Origin: Bryobacterales bacterium
GTDB taxonomy: Bacteria; Acidobacteriota; Terriglobia; Bryobacterales; UBA6623
Reading direction: 5' to 3'
Assembly (NCBI GenBank): GCA_965207035.1
Contig: OZ242259.1
Span: 668,502-732,501 of the forward strand
DNA length: 64,000 nucleotides
The position numbers and the translations under genes were made by a program. Each line of letters starts with the position of its first letter. Within the stretch, counting starts at the first letter, position 1. The notes below the pieces were generated by a model. That model was given only the letters and a program-made list of their open reading frames with translations, had not been told where the DNA came from and made no database searches. Shown piece by piece: positions 8,401 through 18,268 of this stretch.

Positions 8401-11400
8401 TTCCGACGATGTACCAACTGGCAAGACGATTCCGGAAAGCCCCGCTTCCGGCCGGGGATGGTCGCGGACCGGGCGGTTTGCGAAGTTCAGGGATCCTGGC
8501 GGCCTTATGCGCCTTGGCCTTGGTCGCACCCCTGGCTGCACAGTCCGACGCGACCTTAGAAGGGACGGTCATCGATCCTCAGGGTCGCTCGGTGCCTGGT
8601 GCCGAGGTGCTGGTCAGGAGAGTAGGGACGAACGCGATTCGCAGGGTGCTCACCGACAACGAAGGCCGCTACGTCGTACCCTCGCTCGAGTCTGGCAGCT
8701 ATTCGGTCGAAGTAGCCCGCAACGGGTTCCGGCCAGTTTCCGCAGCTGGCATCGAGTTGATCAGCGGTCGGACCGGGCTGTTCGACGTGCAACTGGAACT
8801 GGGACCGGCCCGGGACGGCATCGAAGTGGCCGCGATCATGCCCTTGGTTTCAACGAGTGCCGCCGATTGGGGAGGGCTCGTCCCGGAACGCAGCCTCCGG
8901 GAATTGCCGTTGAATGGTCGCGACCTGTTCGAGCTGTCGGCGCTGGAGCCCGGGGCGACGCTGCCAGCCTCCGCCCGGACAGGGTTGGCGCAGGGTGTCG
9001 GGCGTCAGATCTCCGTGCGAGGCGCGCGTCCCAATCAGAACAGCTTTCGCCTCGACGGGGTCTATGTTAACGATGCGGCGTCGGCATCTCCCGCAAGCGC
9101 ATCCGGGAACGTGCTTGGCCTGGAGATGGTGAAGGAAGTCCACTTGGTGACCAATCCATACAGCGCCGAGTACGGCCGTTCCGCCGGTGGTGTCTTCACC
9201 GCGGTGTCAAGGACGGGCGGCCGGCAGCTCCATGGAAGCCTGTACGAATATTTCCGCAACAACTCGCTGGACGCGCGAAACTTCTTCGATTCGCCTAACG
9301 CGGGGGCGCCCCCGCTGCGGCGCAATCACTTCGGCGCCTTGCTGGGCGGGCCGCTGGCGGGGCCCAATGCGTTTTTCCTGTTGAACTACGAGTCCCTGCG
9401 TGAGAGGCGCGGGCGCACTGCGCAGCCCGCAGTCCCGACGGCCGAGGCGCGCCAGGGACGCCTGCCGGGAGAGGACATTGCCGTTGCGCCCGAGGTCCGT
9501 CCGTACCTCGATCTATATCCGCTTCCTAACGGACGCGATTTCGGCGACGGCACGGCCGCTTCGGTCCGTCAGATCTCCGACCGGACGGACGAAGCCTATG
9601 CGTCCGCCAAGGTTGACTTGACGCTTGATTCTGCCACCCAGCTTTCGGCGCGGTACACGTTCGATGACGCAGCTAGTCGGACACCTGACCCGATGGACCT
9701 TTGGGTGTTTGGTTTCGATTCGAACGATCACTTCCTCCACGGGCAGCTCAAGCGGGTCCATTCGGCAAACGCGCTTTCCACTTTGCGGGCATCGTTCAGC
9801 CGTGTTGACAATTTCGAAAACAGCACGACTTCCGTGCCGTCCGATCTTTCATTCGTTGAAGGCCAGCCGATGGGAACGATCACGGTGAATGGCCTCGGCA
9901 ACATGGGTGGTTTCCAAGCGCGCGCGAGGCCTCGCCGGTTTGTCCTGGAAAGCTTCCAGTTGGGCGGATCAGTGGTGCGGACGGCTGGCCGCGGAACATG
10001 GCGAATCGGCGGCGGATACGATCGTGTTCGTTTCAACCAGGTCTCGGACCTGAGCGCGGTGGGAGCGTACACATTTGATTCCCTTGCCCTGTTGCTACAA
10101 GGGCGTCCGCGCATCGCCGAGGTGATGCAGCCGGGATCGGACACGGCAAGAGGCTGGCGCTATCACCAGTTCTCCGCGTTTGCGCAGCACGAAATCCAAG
10201 TCCACAAGCAATTCGGGGTCAGCTTCGGCATCCGTTACGAAGCTGTATCCACGCCAACCGAGGTCAACGGCAAGATCGCCGTGCTGCGGGACTTCATCAA
10301 CGACGCAGAGACCACGGTTGGCGGGCCGCTCTGGAAGAATCCGACTGCCGACAACTTCGCGCCGCGGATCTCGGCTGCCTGGGATCCCGTGGGCGATGGC
10401 CGCACGGTGTTTCGTGCCGGGGCGGGTATCTTCTTCGACCTGCTCGGCAGTAGGGAATTGACGATCGCGGGCGTTCGGACACCCCCGCTGTTCAATCGAA
10501 TCCTGGTCTTCGGTCGGCCCGGATTCCCCGATATCCTCCAAGCCGCGGCCGGTCGAAATCCATCGAAGTCCATGGATGGGCTCGACTACGACTTGAACCA
10601 GCCCTACATGGCGCGCTGGCAGTTCAACTTCGAGCGCCAGCTTGGTCGTGGCACCTTGATTCGCGGCGGCTACAGTGGGGCACGTGGAATTCACCTCTTC
10701 GGGCAGTTGATCAGCGCGAACTCCCCGGTTCCCGAGGTCCAAGCGGGCGGCACGCTGTATTTCCCGCAGGGCAGCCCGTACGTGAATCCAGCGTTTTCTA
10801 GAATCGGCTTGCGACGTTCCCAATTCAATTCGTTCTATCAGGGCTTGACATACAGTTTGGAGAGCCGCTTTGGAAACCGGTTTTCGATGCGCGGCAAGTA
10901 TACCTGGAGCCGCTCAATCGACGAAACCTCCAACCATACATTCAACGATTTCGTTGCGAGCGACCAGGTTCCCACGATCTGGAACTATCGCGCAAACCGC
11001 GGTTTGTCTGACTTTGATATCGAACAGGTCTTTGCCGGGAGCTTTTCCTGGTCGCCATGGGACGGCAACTCCTCGGAGCTGGGCGGCGCCCTAGGCGGGT
11101 GGCAGATTCATGGCATGGCCCGGATTTCAAGCGGCACGCCATTCGCGCCGCGGGTTGGATTCGACCGGGCGCGTCTGCGGCCCGGGTTCGGAGACGTTGG
11201 GCAGCGTCCCAACCTTGTTGCTGGCCGTTCGGCCGAGAACATTGTGTTGGGAGATCCAGCGGGCTATTTCGACCCCGGCGCGTTCGATCTGCCTGTGGCG
11301 GGCTACCTCGGCAACTTGGGCCGCGGTACCCTGCGGGGTCCGGGGATCCTAGCCTTTGATCTCGCCCTGCACAAGACCCTGTTTTCGACCGAGCGCCAGA

Positions 11401-11573
11401 GCGTTGAACTTCGTGGCGAAGCCTTCAACATGACGAACCATCCCAACTTCCAAGTGCCTTCCGGGCGGGCCCTCTTCACCAGCAGCGGCGGACGGATTGG
11501 CAGTGCCGGCCGAGTCACGTCCACGAGCACCTCGTCGCGGCAAATCCAGCTCGCGTTACGCTGGGAGTTCTGA
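8397..11573 (+). CDS. TonB-dependent outer-membrane receptor with carboxypeptidase-regulatory-like N-domain (Oar-like)
   Basis: LEGTVIDPQG, LPLNGRD, YSAEYGRSAGG, LYEYFRNNSLDARNFF, NFAPR, LRGEAFNMTNHPNF, C-terminal RQIQLALRWEF. Start uncertain. Confidence 0.93.
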   Translation: MIPTMYQLARRFRKAPLPAGDGRGPGGLRSSGILAALCALALVAPLAAQSDATLEGTVIDPQGRSVPGAEVLVRRVGTNAIRRVLTDNEGRYVVPSLESGSYSVEVARNGFRPVSAAGIELISGRTGLFDVQLELGPARDGIEVAAIMPLVSTSAADWGGLVPERSLRELPLNGRDLFELSALEPGATLPASARTGLAQGVGRQISVRGARPNQNSFRLDGVYVNDAASASPASASGNVLGLEMVKEVHLVTNPYSAEYGRSAGGVFTAVSRTGGRQLHGSLYEYFRNNSLDARNFFDSPNAGAPPLRRNHFGALLGGPLAGPNAFFLLNYESLRERRGRTAQPAVPTAEARQGRLPGEDIAVAPEVRPYLDLYPLPNGRDFGDGTAASVRQISDRTDEAYASAKVDLTLDSATQLSARYTFDDAASRTPDPMDLWVFGFDSNDHFLHGQLKRVHSANALSTLRASFSRVDNFENSTTSVPSDLSFVEGQPMGTITVNGLGNMGGFQARARPRRFVLESFQLGGSVVRTAGRGTWRIGGGYDRVRFNQVSDLSAVGAYTFDSLALLLQGRPRIAEVMQPGSDTARGWRYHQFSAFAQHEIQVHKQFGVSFGIRYEAVSTPTEVNGKIAVLRDFINDAETTVGGPLWKNPTADNFAPRISAAWDPVGDGRTVFRAGAGIFFDLLGSRELTIAGVRTPPLFNRILVFGRPGFPDILQAAAGRNPSKSMDGLDYDLNQPYMARWQFNFERQLGRGTLIRGGYSGARGIHLFGQLISANSPVPEVQAGGTLYFPQGSPYVNPAFSRIGLRRSQFNSFYQGLTYSLESRFGNRFSMRGKYTWSRSIDETSNHTFNDFVASDQVPTIWNYRANRGLSDFDIEQVFAGSFSWSPWDGNSSELGGALGGWQIHGMARISSGTPFAPRVGFDRARLRPGFGDVGQRPNLVAGRSAENIVLGDPAGYFDPGAFDLPVAGYLGNLGRGTLRGPGILAFDLALHKTLFSTERQSVELRGEAFNMTNHPNFQVPSGRALFTSSGGRIGSAGRVTSTSTSSRQIQLALRWEF

Positions 11574-11624
11574 CGGGACTTGGTCGGACTCCAGAGCCGC
11601 CAGTCGGCTGGTAGACTAGCGCGT

Positions 11625-13337
11625 ATGCTGCAAACCATTTCCCGCGACGGGGACGTCTATGACGCCGTTGTCGTTGGGTCGGGAGCCACCGGCGGCGTTG
11701 CCGCTTGGCAGCTCTCTACTGCGGGCCTCAAGACCTGCGTGCTCGAAGCCGGCCCGAAGATCACCGACGCGGACTTTACCGAGCATGTCATGCCGTACGA
11801 CCTCAAGTATCGGGGCAATTCGTCCAGATACGTCAGAGGCATTCCAAAGTCTCCCGACCTCATGCGGAACCGCCCGATCCAGGGGCTGGTCTACGCCTGC
11901 CGCGAATCGAACTACGAGTGGTTTGCGGATGACATTCGCAACCCATACCAGGTACCGGAGAACAAGCCGTTCCATTGGATTCGGATGCGTGTGCTAGGAG
12001 GTCGGTCGCTGTCATGGGGCCGTCAGTCGTATCGGATGGGTGACATCGACTTCCGTTGCGCTGACCGGGACGGCTACGGCGAGAACTGGGGTATCTGCCA
12101 CGCAGCCCTAGCTCCGTACTACGAGAAGGTTGAGCGATACATTGGCATCAGCGGCATCAAGGAAGGGCTCGAACAGCTTCCGGACAGCGTCTTTCAGCCT
12201 CCGATGCCGTTCACGTGCGGTGAGGCCCTTTTCCGAAATCGGCTGCGCGCAAGGATGGGTCGCGTGGCGACGATCGGCCGCTCCGCGATCATTACCGAGC
12301 CGCACAACGGACGCCAGCCATGCCACTACTGTGGACCGTGCGAGCAGGGCTGTGTGACCCATTCCTACTACAACAGCCTGACGACGACACTGAGGGCTGC
12401 GCTCGATACGGGAAGCTGCGACCTGCTGACTGATGCGGTGGCCAGCCACCTGACACGCGATCCGCGAACCGGGAACGCTGCGGGTGTTGCCTACGTGGAC
12501 CGCGTGGGCCGGGCCGCTCGCGAGGTTCGCGCGAAGGTGGTCGTGCTGTGTGCCTCAACGCTCGAGTCAACGCGGCTGTTGATGCACTCGGCGGACCACG
12601 GCCTAGACTTCAATTCCAGCGGCAGCCTCGGGCGCTACTTGATGGACCACATCTACATGGGCGGGGCCGTTGGCAAGATGCCGGAGCTCAACGCTAGGCC
12701 GTGGGTAGGTCCTCCGGACCGGCCCAATGGAATCTACGTGCCCCGATTCCGGAATCTCGACCGGGCCCACACGAAGGGCATGATTCGAGGGTATGGCTAC
12801 CAGGGCCGTAGCGGCCCCCAGTTCAACTTGGCAGCCAAGGGCTTTGGCGTTGCCTTCAAGCAGGCGGTGCATGACCAGAGCAGCTGGGGTACCCAGCTGG
12901 GCGCGTGGTGCGAATGTCTGCCGCGTTACGAGAACTATGTCGCCTTAAATCGGGTCCGTCGGGATGCCTGGGGCATCCCGACGCTCGACATCAACTTCGA
13001 GTGGTCCGACAACGAATTGGCGCTCTGGAACGACGCCCGGGAACAGGCGGCAGAAATGCTAGAGGAGACCGGCCACACCAGGGTGCGCATGACGGGGCAG
13101 CCTTCGGTGGGGGGCTTCTGTATCCATGAGGTCGGAACGGCTCGCATGGGGACCGATCCCAAGAAGTCCGTCTTGAACACATGGACACAGACTCACGACG
13201 TGGACAACGTGTTTGTCACCGATGGCGCGGCATGGGCTTCGATCGGCTGCCAGAACCCCACGTTGACGATGATGGCGATCACCGCAAGGGCTGCTGACTA
13301 CATCGCCGAAGAGGGCCGCAAGGGACGCTGGGCATGA
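11625..13337 (+). CDS. GMC family flavin oxidoreductase
   Basis: VVVGSGATGG FAD motif, LGGRSLSWGRQ, CHYCGPCEQGC, IHEVGTARMG, QNPTLTMMA. Confidence 0.92.
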   Translation: MLQTISRDGDVYDAVVVGSGATGGVAAWQLSTAGLKTCVLEAGPKITDADFTEHVMPYDLKYRGNSSRYVRGIPKSPDLMRNRPIQGLVYACRESNYEWFADDIRNPYQVPENKPFHWIRMRVLGGRSLSWGRQSYRMGDIDFRCADRDGYGENWGICHAALAPYYEKVERYIGISGIKEGLEQLPDSVFQPPMPFTCGEALFRNRLRARMGRVATIGRSAIITEPHNGRQPCHYCGPCEQGCVTHSYYNSLTTTLRAALDTGSCDLLTDAVASHLTRDPRTGNAAGVAYVDRVGRAAREVRAKVVVLCASTLESTRLLMHSADHGLDFNSSGSLGRYLMDHIYMGGAVGKMPELNARPWVGPPDRPNGIYVPRFRNLDRAHTKGMIRGYGYQGRSGPQFNLAAKGFGVAFKQAVHDQSSWGTQLGAWCECLPRYENYVALNRVRRDAWGIPTLDINFEWSDNELALWNDAREQAAEMLEETGHTRVRMTGQPSVGGFCIHEVGTARMGTDPKKSVLNTWTQTHDVDNVFVTDGAAWASIGCQNPTLTMMAITARAADYIAEEGRKGRWA

Positions 13338-13367
13338 TCGGGGATCGTCCGGCTGGCGCGACGGGAT

Positions 13368-13706
13368 CTACTGGACGGGCGGCGACCGGGGAATCTCGGC
13401 CAGCAGGGCATAGAGCCTTTCCCACGTGTAGATTCCAGTGGAATGGCCGTCGCTCCAGAAAACCTGGATCGCGTACCGTCCAACAGGCTCGATCTTCGTA
13501 GGGTAGACCAGGATCGGCAGCAGGTTGGGCGTGACGATGCGTTTGCCGGTGAGTTCATCGACGCACGTAGCGCATGGGCATTGGCCACGCAAGAATCGAG
13601 CCGGGTAGATTCCATCTTCTCCCGTGTTCCAGCGGATCAGGATGTCGTGATCACCGTGGCGGTTGATCTCCAAGGGCCGGGGTCCGTGCGCGGAGGTTGC
13701 AGGCAT
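13368..13706 (-). CDS. DUF971 / gamma-butyrobetaine-hydroxylase N-terminal-like protein
   Basis: LRGQCPCATC, VGRYAIQVFWSDGHSTGIYTW. Confidence 0.88.
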   Translation of the reverse strand: MPATSAHGPRPLEINRHGDHDILIRWNTGEDGIYPARFLRGQCPCATCVDELTGKRIVTPNLLPILVYPTKIEPVGRYAIQVFWSDGHSTGIYTWERLYALLAEIPRSPPVQ

Positions 13707-13965
13707 CAATTAGCAGTGTAGTCTGGCATCCTTGCTTGGAACGATTGCTCGATGGCGGCGCCTACTGCGAGGCGCGCCGGTGCCGGACCACTTCTGGGCC
13801 TGTGCGAGCAGCAGTCCAGATCAGGCCCGTGATAGACGTCGACGGTCCATCCGGACTGCTTGCTTCCGTGCTCGAAACGCCGTCAAGCGCACGAGTAGCG
13901 GGTTTGGCGGGGCTCTGGTTGCCAGTCGTTCAGGACGGGCGATGTTCCCGTGTCGGTCAAGAATC

Positions 13966-15351
13966 TCAGAAGTCCCTGAACGGGCCGCGGGGTTCTGCAT
14001 CCGCCATTTGCCGAATCCATTCCAGGTAGCGGCTCTCAACCCGCTCTCGGACCTCGGGCAGCTCCTCGCTGAGATCATTTGATTCCCCGGGGTCTTCGGC
14101 AAGGTCGAACAGGCCGCCGCCGCGCCGCGAGTCAACGAGCTTCCACTTGCCCACGCGAGCGCCGTATTCGCCCTGGCGTTCCCAGAACATGACTTCGCGA
14201 GGCGACTTTGCGCGTCCTTGCAGGACCGGCAGCATGTCGAATCCATCCAGCACGACGTCTTGCGGAAGCTCGGCCCCGGCCGCTGCGGCAAGCGTTGGGA
14301 AGACCTCGAGGGCGGTGACGAATTCGTTCGACACCGTTCCGGGGGCGATCTGCCCAGGCCACCGCATCAGGAATGGAACTCGCACGCCCCCTTCAAACAT
14401 CCTCCCCTTGCGGCCGCGCAGTGGGCCGGAATCGCCGCCAGACCCCGCACCGTTGTCTGAGACGAAAATTACGATCGTATCCTCTGTGAGCCCGTACTCG
14501 TCCAACCTGTCAAGGATTCGCCCGATCGAGTCGTCCATGCACGTCACGGCTGCCATGAACTTCCGGCGGTGTTCCCCCTCGATCCGATCAGGCGACGGGT
14601 AGCGGTCGAGACATCTGCCCGGAGCCTGTGCGAACCCGCGGATGTTCCGGTCAAGGTTGGACGCACCATGGGGGGCATTGTAGGAGAGGTAGATGAAGAA
14701 GGGCTGGCCCTTGTGATTGGTGATGAAGCGAAGCGCCTCGCGCTCGAAGATATATGTTGCGTAGGTGCCGCTGTCTTCCTCGGTCGGGACATTACCCCGG
14801 TACATCGAGGGGATGCCATAGCGCTCGTGAGTCCAGTAGTCAATGCCGGTGTTGACGAACCCGTAGAAGTCATCGAACCCCCTCTGCATTGGCAGGAAGC
14901 GTCGCAGGGAACCGAGGTCCCACTTGCCGAATACTCCTGTGGCGTAACCGGCTTCGGACAGGATGTTCGACAGCAGTACTTCACGGGTGTCCATGCCGAG
15001 GATGCGCTCGGGGCTCAGCTGGTATTCGTGCTGCGGGTAGAGGTAGTTGTCGTTCACCCGGTCGTTGCGGAAATTGTCATATGTTCCGTTGCGCTGGGGG
15101 TAGCGGCCAGTGAGCAAGGCCCCTCGCGAGGGGGTGCAGACCGGAAACGCTGCGTAGTAGCTGGTCAGGCGCACGCCCTCAGATGCGAGTTGGTCGAGCC
15201 GCGGTGTCCGGATATCAGGGCTGCCCATGGACCCGAGGTCCATGTACCCTTGATCGTCCGAGACGATCAACAGGATGTTGGACTGCCATGCTAGGAGCGG
15301 GGCGTAGGCGAGACTCAGCAGGATCGCCAACCGACAAGTGGTCGCCTGCAT
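13966..15351 (-). CDS. Arylsulfatase-family sulfatase (Cys-type)
   Basis: Signal peptide, IVSDDQGY, CTPSRGALLTGRY, GKWDLG, YNAPH, SDNG, FEGGVRVP, LFDLAEDPGESNDL. Confidence 0.93.
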   Translation of the reverse strand: MQATTCRLAILLSLAYAPLLAWQSNILLIVSDDQGYMDLGSMGSPDIRTPRLDQLASEGVRLTSYYAAFPVCTPSRGALLTGRYPQRNGTYDNFRNDRVNDNYLYPQHEYQLSPERILGMDTREVLLSNILSEAGYATGVFGKWDLGSLRRFLPMQRGFDDFYGFVNTGIDYWTHERYGIPSMYRGNVPTEEDSGTYATYIFEREALRFITNHKGQPFFIYLSYNAPHGASNLDRNIRGFAQAPGRCLDRYPSPDRIEGEHRRKFMAAVTCMDDSIGRILDRLDEYGLTEDTIVIFVSDNGAGSGGDSGPLRGRKGRMFEGGVRVPFLMRWPGQIAPGTVSNEFVTALEVFPTLAAAAGAELPQDVVLDGFDMLPVLQGRAKSPREVMFWERQGEYGARVGKWKLVDSRRGGGLFDLAEDPGESNDLSEELPEVRERVESRYLEWIRQMADAEPRGPFRDF

Positions 15352-15392
15352 TGCAATCACGGGATGATGTCGCAGTGGCACGGGAATCACTG

Positions 15393-16283
15393 CTATCGAC
15401 TCAGGGCCTTGTCTCGAGTCAGGCTCATCACTGTGCGAAGCTGGGTGCGGGTGTTGCGGGACGCCAATCGCCGAAGCATCCATCCCAGTCCCGACGGGAT
15501 GGCACGCGTTAGGGACACGGTGCGGTACTCAGCTACGACGCCTCCGTCAATTTCCCCGAAGCGCCAGTAGGTGTGCAGGCGCCAGAGGTACCCGCTGTCG
15601 TGTCCCGGCGGGCGCAGCGATTCACCCGGTTTTCCCGGGTTGCGGACCTCCTGAACGCGCACGGCCCGTGACCGCCCCCACCACCGTTGATTATCCAGGC
15701 GGGCATACCTGGCTCGATGCTCTACTTCAAGTACCACCCTCCGAAGTGCGTTGTACATCACCCTCATGGCGACGTGGTAGTTGGAACCGTCCCCCTCTAC
15801 AATGTCAGACCGCAGAATCGAGAAGGAATAGGTGATCTCGTGCGAGTCGTAGTCGGTCACGACTCGCACGACGTCAGAGACGTCAACGCCGGGCACGAAC
15901 ACGGCGGCGACCCAATCGTGGATCAGACCTCCCCGCACGTTCAGTCCTGCGGCATTCGCTACAGGTTCAATGACCACCTCGCCGTTCAACAGCGCCCCGG
16001 ACGTGGCCTCCTCAGAGAGGCTCCAGAGAAACGCCTCCGTGCCGTCGAGGCGTGATGCGAACTGCTTGTCAGCAGTCTCGGAGTATTGATCGAATGCCGC
16101 GATCGTCTCGGGAATCAGCTTGACGTCCGCCGACAGTTGCCTCGGAAGCAGCGTCAGGATGACAACGTGGGCCGTTACCAACAATGCCCGATTTGCGACG
16201 GCGTGTCGGAGAGCTATGGATGCTGCCTGCACAGTCATGAAATCCGTGGCGAACCCGCTAGCAACATGATGGCTTGCGGTCAT
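15393..16283 (-). CDS. Conserved hypothetical exported protein (possibly START/SRPBCC-like)
   Basis: GGLIHDWVAAVFVPG, DSGYLWRLHTYWRF, SLTRAIPSGLGW blocks look like a real conserved family; start uncertain (16283 or 16238). Confidence 0.65.
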   Translation of the reverse strand: MTASHHVASGFATDFMTVQAASIALRHAVANRALLVTAHVVILTLLPRQLSADVKLIPETIAAFDQYSETADKQFASRLDGTEAFLWSLSEEATSGALLNGEVVIEPVANAAGLNVRGGLIHDWVAAVFVPGVDVSDVVRVVTDYDSHEITYSFSILRSDIVEGDGSNYHVAMRVMYNALRRVVLEVEHRARYARLDNQRWWGRSRAVRVQEVRNPGKPGESLRPPGHDSGYLWRLHTYWRFGEIDGGVVAEYRTVSLTRAIPSGLGWMLRRLASRNTRTQLRTVMSLTRDKALSR

Positions 16284-17649
16284 TCGAGCCGGTAGAGTGG
16301 AAATAGCGCCGGGCCTCCCGCATCACATGCGGCGATAGCAGGAGGGAAGATGTCATGGTTGGAATGGCCATGAATCCATACATCCCGTCAATGAAATCGA
16401 GCACGGCGGTCAGGGATGTCATCGAACCCACAACGATGGCGGTGACGTAGATGTACTTGTACAGGTGTTGGCGCTCTGCGCCGATCAGGTACCCCAGCGA
16501 TTTCTCGCCGTAGTATCCGCATGACAGGACCGTTGTAATGGCGAAAATCACCACACAGAGAACCAGGATGTAGGTTCCGATGCCCGGTAGGGCTTGCTCG
16601 AAGGCTGCCGCCGTCACTGTCACGCCACTGCTGGAGGTGTCCTCCCAGGTTCCGGTGGAGAGAATGATCAGGGCCGTAGAGCTGCACACGATGAGGGTGT
16701 CGATGATGGGCCCGAGCATGGCAACAAGGCCCTCACGGACCGGCTCGTTGGTCTTGGCTGCCCCATGCGCGAGGGCCTCCGAGCCGATGCCTGCCTCGTT
16801 GGAGAATGCGGCGCGGCGGACGCCCGTGACAATGACTGTTCCAATCGCACCGCCCGCGACGGCGCTGCCACTGAATGCGTCGGAAACGATCATCTTGAGC
16901 AGCGAAGGGATGCTCTCAATTTGGACGAGGAGGATAGCAAGGGCCGAGCCGAGGTAGAGCACGACCATCGCGGGCACCAATCTAGAGGCGACAAGACCGA
17001 TTCGCCGGATACCTCCCAGCAACGTCCAGCCAGCTGTGGCGGCCACGGTCAGGCCGAGTGCCAAGTTGAATCTCCAGGCATCGCCTGGGACTGAGATCCA
17101 GCCGAGCGGACTTGCGACCGTGTCGCGCAGTATCTGGACGAGTTGGTTCACCTGAAACATCGGAAGGGTGCCGAATAGAGCGCATACCGAGAAGAACATG
17201 GCGAGCAGCTTCCATGAGTGGCCGAGACCGTTCTCGATGGCGTACATGGGACCGCCTTGGATGACGCCTCGACTGTCCGGGCCGCGGAACTGGATCGCTA
17301 GAGTGCAGGTAAAGAACTTGGTAGCGATACCAGTAATCGCGCAAACCCACATCCAGAGGACAGCGCCTGGCCCTCCGGTTTGTATCGCGACGGCAACTCC
17401 GGCGATGTTACCCATTCCGATTGTGCCGGCCAGAGCGCTGCTCAAGGCTTGGAAGTGGGGGATCTGGCCTGTGTCGTTCGGGTCATCGTAACGGCCCAAG
17501 AGAACTTGCACTGCGTGGAGCAAGTGCCGGAATGGCAGCATTCGCGAATAAGCGAAGAAGTAGCAGCCGCCTCCGAGCAGGAGTACCAGCAGCCACGGTC
17601 CCCAGGCGAAAACTGCGAAGCTGCTGGTGATTTCAGCTAGACGGTCCAT
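16258..17649 (-). CDS. Alanine/glycine:cation symporter (AgcS/AlsT family)
   Basis: FQALSSALAGTIGMGNIAGVA, GGPGAVLWMW, GGPMY, RAAFSNEAGIGS, IDTLIVCS. Confidence 0.93.
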   Translation of the reverse strand: MDRLAEITSSFAVFAWGPWLLVLLLGGGCYFFAYSRMLPFRHLLHAVQVLLGRYDDPNDTGQIPHFQALSSALAGTIGMGNIAGVAVAIQTGGPGAVLWMWVCAITGIATKFFTCTLAIQFRGPDSRGVIQGGPMYAIENGLGHSWKLLAMFFSVCALFGTLPMFQVNQLVQILRDTVASPLGWISVPGDAWRFNLALGLTVAATAGWTLLGGIRRIGLVASRLVPAMVVLYLGSALAILLVQIESIPSLLKMIVSDAFSGSAVAGGAIGTVIVTGVRRAAFSNEAGIGSEALAHGAAKTNEPVREGLVAMLGPIIDTLIVCSSTALIILSTGTWEDTSSSGVTVTAAAFEQALPGIGTYILVLCVVIFAITTVLSCGYYGEKSLGYLIGAERQHLYKYIYVTAIVVGSMTSLTAVLDFIDGMYGFMAIPTMTSSLLLSPHVMREARRYFHSTGSNDRKPSCC

Positions 17650-17765
17650 GATCCCAGCAAGGCACCTGCCCCAGCGGCCAATCAGGGCCGTCCCCGGTCG
17701 CGCTGCACGATGGTGGGCATCGAGTGTTGGATTCCGGAGCGGCTCTTGACCGACCGAGTGGGAGC

Positions 17766-18248
17766 CTATGAGTGTAGCGGGGATTGAGCCCAGCGCTCGG
17801 CCGAGCAATCGTCTTCGAAGTCATCTCCCGCACGAGGCGGCGAAGAACCACGCTGGCCGAAACGCAGATCACGAGCCCGAATGAACGGGTGTCCTGAGTG
17901 GGGCTGCCATTTCTCCAATCTCTTGCGATGGCTCGCAATTGAGGCGGACGAGCTATCCAAGTAGTAGAGATTGTTCATCTCCAGTGGGTCTCGGCGGCGA
18001 TCGAAGAGCAGGCTGTCGTCATCGCTGCAGCGGGCCAGTCTCCAACCGTCGGGGCTGATCACCCTCCTGCCCTCGATCCCGTCCAGGGGGCTGAACCGTT
18101 GGATGAATACATGGCCTTCAAGCAACGGCCCGCCGCGGCACACGCCATACAGGCTATCACCGGAAAGCATATCCGGGGCACCGTGCCCGAGCAGCTCAAG
18201 CGGCGTGGGCATGATGGAGACAGTGCTCACCGGTTGGGAAACATGCAT
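17766..18248 (-). pseudogene. C-terminal remnant of a sulfatase
   Basis: PVSTVSIMPTPLELLG...LLFDRRRDPLEMNNLY...LEKWQ matches the sulfatase C-terminal region; no CxPxR-containing N-terminus. Confidence 0.6.
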
Positions 18249-18268
18249 TCCCCAAGGCCGCCGTACGT

